Source: Eledone cirrhosa
Taxonomy: Eukaryota
NCBI GenBank assembly: GCA_964016885.1
Contig: OZ024747.1
Location: forward strand, 56,978,001-57,042,000
Direction of reading: 5' to 3'
DNA length: 64,000 nucleotides
In this document: piece by piece, positions 54,612 through 64,000 of the stretch
How positions within the stretch are numbered: the stretch's first letter is position 1
How the letters are laid out: each line of letters starts with the position of its first letter
Notes under the pieces: generated by a model
Databases searched by the model: none
What the model saw: only the letters and a program-made list of their open reading frames with translations
Told to the model about the DNA's origin: nothing
Translations under genes and position numbers: made by a program

Positions 54612-54795
54612 CACACACATACATATATATATATTTATATATATATACATATATATATGCTTATATATATATATATATATGCTTATATATATGCTTATAT
54701 ATATATATATATATATATATATGCTTATATATATATATGCTTATATATATATATATATATATATGCTTATATATATACATATATATATATGCTTA

Positions 54796-54826
<31 letters not shown>

Positions 54827-55000
54827 GCTTATATATATACATATATATATATGCTTATATATATATATATATATATATGCTTATATATATATATATATAT
54901 ATGCTTATATATATACATATATATATATGCTTATATATATATATATATATATATGCTTATATATATATATATATACACATGCATATATATATATATATAT
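54530..55000. repeat. (TA)n array punctuated by GCT/CA
   Basis: Recurrent ATATATGCTTATATAT units. Confidence 0.9.
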
Positions 55001-55208
55001 AGCACCATTTTACAGCTGCTTTTTCCGCATAGATTTGCGTTGGACAAGTTTTTCTAGCACATTCTCCTTCCTCATGTAATATTCCATTGTCATCTCTTGT
55101 GTAGGGTTCATGTATATGGCGATATATTGTGATGTGAATAGACTTGTTCCTGACACTCTCAGGTTTCCTCAATCTTTCTATTTTCCCTTTAAGTTCTCAT
55201 TCTATTAT

Positions 55209-55241
55209 TTGATGAAGGACTGCGTCCGAAACTTTAAGACT
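55209..55241 (+). ncRNA. Hammerhead-like core, degenerate
   Basis: TTGATGA-A-GGAC-TGC-GTCC-GAAA-CTTTAAG. Stem I is not evident. Confidence 0.4.
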
Positions 55242-55491
55242 CTTTTCCTACTATATCAAGCCTAAAACTAATAATATATTTCTGCATTGTTCTGAGGTGT
55301 TTGCTTTGTTATATCAGTTTGCTTTTTGCATACATACATACACACATATATATATCTGCATATATATATATATATATATACATACATATATATACACACA
55401 TATATATATATACATATATATATACATATATATATACATACATATATATATACATATATATATACATATATATATACATACATATATATAC

Positions 55492-55528
<37 letters not shown>

Positions 55529-55603
55529 CATATATATATATACATATATATATATATACATATATATATACATACATATATACATACATATATATATACA
55601 TAC

Positions 55604-55675
<72 letters not shown>

Positions 55676-55941
55676 TTACATATATACATACATATTTACA
55701 TATATATATATACATACATATTTACATATATATATACATATATATATATATACATACATATTTACATATATATATATACATACATATATACAGTTTTTTC
55801 CGTTGTGTTGTAATATAAATATTACACACAGTAGATTATCAGCTCACGTAGAGTTTGCTCGACGGTTCCAGTTGTAGTTCCAAAAGTAATCCGGAGAAAA
55901 ATAGAAAGATTTGAATGGATACAGTTTAGTTGAAAGGAATT

Positions 55942-56053
55942 TATTGACACGTGTTTCTATAACAGTTACATAACCTAAAACAGCTATCTACAAACTTTTA
56001 GTTATGCAGACATTCAATATTTCAATGTTATTGTTTACTGTCATTTCATCAGA
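55942..56053 (-). ncRNA. Hammerhead ribozyme with 70-nt loop 2; 5' strand of stem I lost at a (TA)n junction
   Basis: Minus strand reads CTGATGA-A-ATGACAGT...ACTGTTAT-A-GAAA-CACGT-GTC/AATA. Palindromic stem III ACACGTGT and a canonical GUC triplet. Confidence 0.65.
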
Positions 56054-56112
56054 TATATATATACATATATATACATACATATACATATATATATATACAT
56101 ACATATATACAT

Positions 56113-56163
56113 AGATTCCTGAGGATTTCTAAAGAATGAAACAGTTCTAGTCCTGTAGAATCT
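56113..56163 (+). ncRNA. Type I hammerhead ribozyme
   Basis: AGATTC-CTGAGGA-T-TTCT-AA-AGAA-T-GAAA-CAG-TTCTAGTC-CTG-TA/GAATCT. Perfect 6-bp stem I and 4-bp stem III. Confidence 0.8.
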
Positions 56164-56213
56164 CATCTATATTAAAACTTTTATACTCTGTAATGTATTG
56201 AGTACATTACTTA

Positions 56214-56388
56214 TTGGCAGTATCGGTAGAGGGTCGGACGCCATGCTTTCCAGCATAGTTATGTCCCTTTACGATCTGAGTTCAAATCCCGCCGAGGTTG
56301 ACTTTGCCTTTCATCCTTACGGGGTCGATAAAATAAAGTACTAGTAATGCACTGGGTAATTGCTGGCCTTGTGCCTAAAGTAGAAACA
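56214..56388 (+). mobile_element. SINE family A with 8-bp TSD (ATTACTTA)
   Basis: TSD copies at 56206-56213 and 56389-56396. Inserted into the region downstream of the hammerhead. Confidence 0.9.
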
Positions 56389-56480
56389 ATTACTTACTGT
56401 GGTTACCTCCGATTCAACCCGGAATAACGTACATATATATATATATATATATACATACATATATACATATATATTTATAC

Positions 56481-57506
56481 ATCTGAGCATTTTATATTAA
56501 CTAGAAATTGATTGACTCATATATCTAAAATAAACATGAAATAATCACAGGGAATAATTTGTAAAAGTGTGTAAGCACACATAGATATGTGGTTAACTAA
56601 TTAAAGTTTAACTAGAATTTCAAAAATAGATACCTTATAAATTGATTAATCTTCCTTGTATATATTTCATTAAAGACATATATTTCACCATTAATCGATC
56701 GGTAAACCACATTAGCCAAATCCCGTATTTTCAACAAGGGAGAAGATCTAACTATTTGTGTTTACACAGCAAATTCAAATCTGCGAATGACTAGCAGCAC
56801 GTGTCGTATTTCTTAAAAATACACACATCGTACCAGCTTCATCTCAGTGGTGTGAATAGGGCTATCGACAACTAGAAATAACAGCCAAGTCCTTTCAACG
56901 GAGTTAGCTCTACAATTAAGGGGCCGTGTATATATCCAAAATTAAATTAAGAGTGTCATGTTGGAGAGACATGCACCATATAGACTGTAGAATATGCTCC
57001 AAGATTCCAATGAATAGATCTGAGCATTTTATATTAACTAGAAATTGATTGACACATATATATATATCTAAAATAAACATATGAAACAATCACAGGGAAT
57101 AATTTGTAAAAGTGTGTATCACAGGGAATAATTTGTAATAGCTATGTGGGTAACTAATTAAAGTTTAACTAGAACTTCAAAAATAAATACCTTATAAATT
57201 GATTAATTAATTAATTAAACAATACGAAACGTGCTGCTAGTCATTCACAGATTTGAATTTGCTGTTGAAAATCCGCTTACTGTGGTTTACCGATCGATTA
57301 ATGGTGAAATATATTTCTTTAATTAAATATATACAAGGAAGATTAATCAATTTATAAGGTATCTATTTTGAAGTTCTAGTTAAACTTTAATTAGTTACCC
57401 ACATAGCTATGTGTGCTTACACACTTTTATAAATTATTCCCAGTGATTGTTTCATATGTTTATTTTAGATATATATATATATGTCAATCAATTTCTAGTT
57501 AATATA
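56481..57506 (-). repeat. Tandem (period ~537 bp) plus inverted repeat structure, PLE pseudo-LTR-like
   Basis: ATCTGAGCATTTTATATTAACTAG occurs at 56481 and 57018. 57221-57506 is the reverse complement of about 56493-56810. Confidence 0.8.
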
Positions 57507-57699
57507 TTTATACATATATATATATACATATATACATTGATGTTAAACGATGATATATATATATATACATATATATATTCATATATGTATATACATATAG
57601 CTTGAGCTCTGCCGTCGGGGTCATACTTTTTCCTATATATATATATAAAGGAACGATCGACTTTCGTCAAATCGGACCGAGGGAACAATGTTTCCGTTG

Positions 57700-57826
57700 G
57701 TCTTTCCAATTGAACGTGAAATAAAGTGTCTTGCTCAACGACATAACGCATCGCCTGGTCCAGAAATCGAACTCACAACCTTACGATTGCGAATCCAATT
57801 CACTAACCACTCAGCCACACGCCTTC
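57700..57826 (-). mobile_element. SINE family B head fragment
   Basis: Minus strand reads GAAGGCGTGTGGCTGAGTGGTTAG...GAGTTCGATTTC...TTGAGCAAGACACTTTATTTCAC. Confidence 0.7.
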
Positions 57827-58814
57827 ATATATATATACATATATACATTTGGAGGGTCATATTGTTATAATATTACCATAAATAATAACAGAACACACTC
57901 ACTGTTTGGTTTAGGTTGATTTTCGCTTCTCTATCTTTTATACCTCCATCGACACACAATTTCATATCAAAAACCTTGCTAAACAAATATATATACACCG
58001 ATATATGATTGGTAGACTTGGTACATTCACCGCGTGGGCCAGTATTGCAGAATGTGACATGGCTGACACTTCAAATTACAGGTACAGTTCATTTTTGTCA
58101 ACTGAGTGGACTGGAGGAACATGAAAAATATTGTTTTGCTCAAAGACACAATGTGCCCTAGGGAATTGAACTCACATCCTTATACTCGAGAGCCTAAAAC
58201 CCTATCCACAAAGCCATACGTGTTCATACTTATTCATTTAAAATTATACATATTTATACATATCTACATCTATATAAAATGACATTTATATACATATCTA
58301 AGCATACACACACTGGAACACAGAAAAACCTGAATATAAAATATAGAAAATTACTAAAACAATTTAAATATTTCATAAAAAGTATCTCAAAAACACAAAA
58401 AAAATTAAAATAAAATGCTTCTGAAACAAATTTTAAACTGCACAACGAAATAAAAATATAATAAAAAATGAGTTAAGAATATCAGTAAAAATATAATGTT
58501 AAAAAACCTAATAAAAGTGTGCAAAAAATATCATTTGTAAATAAAAGTTAGAATATATAAAATAATGTAGCATAAAACTATCGTAAAATATTCTAAAATT
58601 ATCATTTAAAAATATCGTAAAAATATATCGTAAAAAATGTAAAGAATATCTCGAAAAAATATATCGGAAAATAAAAATTGAAATATAAAAAATGTAAGAA
58701 CTATGAAAATATCGTAAAATATTCTCAGAATATCATTCATAAACATATAATCACCATAATCAGCTTTTTACTTTTACTTTCTATATTGACGTGGATCGGA
58801 CGAGTTGTCATGGT

Positions 58815-59152
58815 CAAGGTCGGATTAAATGGGGGGGGGGGGGGGGCAAATTGGGCAATTTCCCCGGGCCCCTACAGTAGGGAGACCCCACCAGCGACGG
58901 CTGTAACAATTTATTTGTGCCTTCAGCTGGACTTTTTAGTTTTAGGATGGTTAGAATTGTTTAATTTAATACCTGTATGTATAACTTTTCAATTCCAATT
59001 ATTTGCATCAAGCTGACTTTGAGATAGAAAATTGGGAGTGTGTGTGTGTGGGGGGGGGGGGGGGGGTTTGCTGTATATTCTAATTTTTTGTGTATGGAGA
59101 TCTTCCCAAACCTGAAGTACCCCGGGCCCCACAAGGTCTAAATATAACCGTG
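58815..59152. mobile_element. Putative hAT-like MITE nested in a decayed family C element
   Basis: Degenerate termini CAAGGTCGGATTAA / TAAATATAACCGTG and subterminal CCCGGGCCCC at both ends. The TSD matches only partly (GTCA). Confidence 0.45.
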
Positions 59153-61289
59153 GTCAGATACGAAATGGTTCAGACCTGATTCATCTGGCTCATATTACAT
59201 TTTTGTCAATGTTTCTATAGATGTATGCCCTTCCTAATGTCAACTAGCTTACATAATGTACTGGGTGCATTTTATCGTGGCACCAGCACTACCATTTTAC
59301 AGATCGGACTGGGCGTGTCTTTTCATGGAACCAACAAAAAATATCGTAAAAACAGAATATGCAAAATAACTGTAATTAAATATCAGAAAAATATATATTT
59401 GTAAATAAAAGTTAAAATATAGGATATAAAATGTATATTACGCTGCTTGTAATATATTTATGAATGTTAGGTCGTCTACAATGTTACTGGTAACATGTAA
59501 CCCAGTACAACCTGTGCATGGTCGGTTTGTCGACGACCAAACCGGCAACCCCACCAAGCTTGCTTGATGAGGAGGGTGATTTTGGACAGGCTGTGGGATA
59601 AAAAACAAAACCCGTCAAAGAGCAGAAGAATTCAAGAGACTCAACGGCCATTCAAAGTATTTTTTGTGGAGCGAGAGATTCCTAGTCTTCATTAAGACAT
59701 CTCTTTGGGAGAAAGTTACTCTGATGTAAAACCTGCGACTTCGTTTGCATCCAATGATGTAGACCAGTTCTTCTTTTGGGGTAAATACATTCGATCTTCA
59801 GAGAGTTGGTTTGGTTCCGTGCAAGGCCTTTCCTCACTTCAAAATGCTTCAAGCACAGGCATCGCCTGATATGTGACATGTATTTGCGATGCATGGCATT
59901 GCTGGCCATAGGCAAGCCCCTAACAGGGACTAGGGAGCCACGTCCGTGATGCTCATTGTATCAAGCGATGGCATTACTTGAAATCGTGTTGCAGCCATCA
60001 TCATGTATGTATGTATGTATGTATGTATATTTGGATGGTGAGTGAGATGATAGATGCTTAAAACAACACGTTCTGTTACTCTGAAGTGCAAAACCTCGCG
60101 TGAATTTTGCCTCGAGGGGCTCAGCGGACATAATTGAAAAAGCTTTACTCAGGAAAATAGCTAAGACGACGCATTGAAAAAACCAGACCTACTCGTGGGC
60201 CTCACGGGGAAATAGAATAACTTCGATAGGTTTCAGCCAGTATTAGCCCATGCCATGTCTGACTTAATAGAACCACCTGCCGAAGTTTTTCAAATTAAGA
60301 TTTAGACACCATGTCGAAATTATTCTAAAAGTATTTTAAAATATAAAAATATATATATAAAAAAAACGTAATGTAAACAAAGCAACAAAAAACGTAAAAG
60401 AATGTCGCAAAAGATATTCGTGATTGAAAGTTAAAACATAGAAAAATAAAACAGCGTAAAATTATTGTAAAAATCGAAAAAACATAATGTAAAGAAATAT
60501 AGTAAAACAGTAAAAATTATATTTGTAAATAAAAGTTAAAATAGGAAAAAATAAAATGGCGGCAGCATATCGTAAAAATAGATCGTAAAAAAACTAATAA
60601 AATATGCTTAAAAATATATTTGTAAATAAAAGTTAAAATATAAAAAAATAAAGTCGCGTAAAATATCCGTAAATTATATCGTTAAAACATTTTGTAAAAA
60701 GAATTAACAAAAGTAAAACATCGTAAAATATATAACAAATTCTTGTAAAATGAATAATAAAACATTGCAAAAAGGAGGAAAATATTTGTACTAAAATCAA
60801 TATATAAAATAACAATAAAAATTATAAAAATATTTGTGAAATAGAAAAAATGGCATTAAAAATAAATAGAATATAGAAAAATTTCATTAAAAAAATATTG
60901 TAAAATATATTAAAATGTCGTAAAAGATAAAAATGCCGTAAAAAATATGGCGGAAAAACATAAATTACATAAAATATTTTAAAAGTAAAAAAAAAAAATC
61001 GTCTTCTTTTTCTCCTTCTGCTTTTTCTTTTTTTCTTCTTCTTTTTACTACTACTACTACTACTACTACTACTACATTTTTTTGTATTATTAGCTATTAC
61101 AATTTTTCCAAGTTTTATATATTTCACAAAAAAAAATACTTAATAAAATAAAATAAAATAAACAGCAACTATAACAACAACAATAACAAGTGTACTAATC
61201 AAGTACTGTGATTGAAATGAAGCAAACAATCAATAAATTTCACAGTCAATAGAGATGTTTGTGGACATTGAAATATTGAATTGGCTTGG

Positions 61290-62800
61290 AAGAGGAGGAA
61301 GGGGTGGTGTAGTGGAGGATGGATAATGGCGGAGTTGAGGGAAGGTGGAGGAGGATAGCTGATGGGGGAGTTGATGGAAGGTGGTGGTGGTGGTGGTGTA
61401 GAGGTGGATGGCTGATGGGGGAGTTGTGGGGATAGAGGAGGATAGCTTATGGGGAAGGGGGATGATGGAGGAGTTGGGGGAGATAGCTGATGGGGGAGTT
61501 GTGGTGATGGTGGTGGTGTAGAGGAGGATGGCTGATGGGGGAGTTGTGGGAAGGTGGAGATAGAGGAGGATAGCTTATGGGGAAAGGGGACTGATGGAGG
61601 AGTTGGAGGAAGGTGGGGGTGGAGGAGGATAGCTGATGGGGGAGTTGTGGTGGTGGTGGAGGGAGGTGGTGTAGAGGAGGATGGCTGATGGGGGAGTTGT
61701 GGGAAGGTGGAGATAGAGGAGGATAGCTTATGGGGAAAAGGGACTGATGGAGGAGTTGGAGGAAGGTGGGGGTGGAGGAGGATAGCTGATGGGGGAGTTG
61801 TGGTGGTGGTGGAGGGAGGTTGGCTGATGGGGTGGGGCTGGTCGTTTGGTTGTTATTTTTTCTAAATTGATTGTTTAATTGTAGAGGGGATGGTGTCGAG
61901 GAAGTAGGGGTGTTGAAAGGTTGAGTGGTATTGAGGAGAGAAATGGACGGCGGGGGGGGGGGTAGTTGAAATAATGGTGGTGGTAGTTGTGGTGGTAGTG
62001 ATGTTGGTGTAGGTGGTGGTGGTGGTGGTAGTGATGTTGGTGATGTTGGTGTAGGTGGTGGTGGTGACAGTGATGTTGGTGGAGATGGTGGTGGTGGTGG
62101 TGGTAGTGATGTTGGTGATGTTGGTGTAGGTGGTGGTGGTGACAGTGATGTTGGTGGAGGTGGTGGTGGTGGTAGTGATGTTGGTGTAGGTGGTGGTGGT
62201 GACTGATGTTGGTGGAGATGGTGGTGGTGGTGGTGGTGGTGGTAGTGATGTTGGTGATGTTGGTGTAGGTGGTGGTGGTGACAGTGATGTTGGTGGAGAT
62301 GGTGGTGGTGGTGGTGGTAGTGATGTTGGTGATGTTGGTGGTGGTGACAGTGATGTTGGTGGAGATGGTGGTGGTGGTGGTAGTGATGTTGGTGTAGGTG
62401 GTGGTGGTGGTGGTAGTGATGTTGGTGTAGGTGGTGGTGGTGACAGTGATGTTGGTGGAAATCATGGTGATGGTGGTGGTGATGGTGATGTCATTGGTGG
62501 TGGCAGTGGTGTTGGTGGAGGTGGTGGCAGTGGAGATGGTGGTGGCAGTGATGGCAGTGGTGGTGGTGGTAGTGATGTTGTTGGAGGTGGTGGTGTTGGT
62601 GGCAGTAGTTGTAGTGGAGGTGGTGGTAGTGGCAGTGGTGGTGGTGGTGGTGGCAGAAGTGTTGGTGGAGGTGGTGTTGGAGGTGGCAGTAGTGGTGGTG
62701 GTGGTGGTGGCAGTAGTGTTGGAGGTGGCAGTAGTGGTGGTGGTGGTGATAGCAGTGGTGTTGGTGGAGGTGGAGGTGAGGGTGGAATGAAGAAGTGGAT
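61290..62800. repeat. G-rich repeats (~120-bp units at 61.35-61.83 kb; GGT/GATGTT minisatellite at 62.0-62.5 kb)
   Basis: Directly visible. Confidence 0.85.
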
Positions 62801-63074
62801 GGAGGTTGAAGTGATGATGAGAGGTTTTAGTGGAGGTATGGGGGGGAATGGTGGAGGAAGAGAGGAAGTTGAAATGGGGAGGTGTAATAGAACAGAGAAA
62901 TAGGTGGGGTTGTTGGTGGTGTTGGTGGGGTTGTTGGTGGTGTTGGTGGGGATGTTGGTGGTGCTGATATGGAGGAGGGGTAGTTGGATGGAATGGGGGT
63001 AGTATGGAAGGTACAAACAAATTTGGAGGTATGGAGAAGTGGAAGAATTTAAGGCTGTTCAATTGGTGGTTGTG

Positions 63075-64000
63075 GTGAAGTCCTGGTGGTCTGGTGTGGT
63101 GTATCTTGTGGTGGTGGTGGTGGTCTGGTGTGGTGTATCTTGTGGTGGTGGTGGTAGTGGTGGTCTGGTGTGGTGTATCTTGTGGTGAAGTGATGGTGGT
63201 GGTGGTGGTCTGGTGTGGTGTATCTTGTGGTGGTGGTGGTGGTGGTCTGGTGTGGTGTATCTTGTGGTGGTGGTGGTGGTGGTCTGGTGTGGTGTATCTT
63301 GTGGTGGTGGTGGTCTGGTGTGGTGTATCTTGTGGTGGTGGTGGTGGTGGTGGTCTGGTGTGGAGTATGTGGTGAAGTGGTGGTGGTCTGGTGTGGTGTA
63401 TCTTGTGGTGGTGGTAGTCTGGTGTGGTGTATCTTGTGGTGGTGGTGGTGGTCTGGTGTTGTGTATGTGGTAAAGTGGTGGTGGTGGTGGTGGTCTGGTG
63501 TTGTGTATGTGGTAAAGTGGTGGTGGTGGTGGTGGTCTGGTGTGGTGTATCTTGTGGTGGTGGTGGTGGTCTGGTGTGGTGTATCTTGTGGTGAAGTGGT
63601 GGTGGTGGTGGTGTGGTCTGGTGTGGTGTATCTTGTGGTGGTGGTGGTGGTGGTGGTGGTCTGGTGTGGTGTATCTTGTGGTGGTGGTGGTGGTGGTCTG
63701 GTGTGGTGTATCTTGTGGTGGTGGTGGTGGTGGTGGTCTGGTGTGGTGTATCTTGTGGTGGTGGTGGTGGTGGTCTGGTGTGGTGTATCTTGTGGTGGTG
63801 GTGGTGGTGGTGGTCTGGTGTGGAGTATGTGGTGAAGTGGTGGTGGTCTGGTGTGGTGTATCTTGTGGTGGTGGTGGTGGTGGTGGTCTGGTGTGGAGTA
63901 TGTGGTGAAGTGGTGGTGGTGGTGGTGGTCTGGTGTGGTGTATGTTGTTGTGGTGGTGGTGGTGGTGGTCTGGTGTGGAGTATGTGGTGAAGTGGTGGTG
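63075..64000. repeat. Minisatellite (GGT)n-CTGGTGTGGTGTATCTTGT
   Basis: Directly visible; runs off the end of the window. Confidence 0.95.

Noticed and set aside
61875-63990. Thr/His-, Gly- and Trp/Val-rich ORFs
   Set aside because: Low-complexity (GGT)n-derived repeats.

Overview
AT-rich, microsatellite-dense animal genomic DNA, most likely intronic or intergenic. The SINE/LINE repertoire resembles an octopus or other cephalopod, but this is inference. No host gene can be identified with confidence, and most ORFs in the track are simple-repeat artefacts. Recognisable content: RTE-clade LINE copies (one with a ~1.9-kb open RT region carrying a PHD-type Cys/His finger), a CR1/L2-like RT fragment, an R4/Dong-like REL-endonuclease 3' end sitting in (TAA)n, an internally deleted DD37D (maT) Tc1/mariner transposon, MITEs, three SINE-type families and G-rich minisatellites. 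The most striking signal is a dense set of type I hammerhead ribozyme motifs (CUGANGA...GAAA...NUH with complementary stems). There are about 7 well-formed and several degenerate ones, in at least 6 unrelated short sequence families, mostly flanked by (TA)n. They sit in long perfect palindromes (338 and 452 bp) and in inverted+tandem arrays, and one lies directly downstream of a GIY-YIG-like C-terminus. This fits Penelope-like element pseudo-LTRs or retrozyme-like non-autonomous derivatives. Several families also share an ATTACTCC(...GTCGAG) motif 35-65 nt downstream of the cleavage site.
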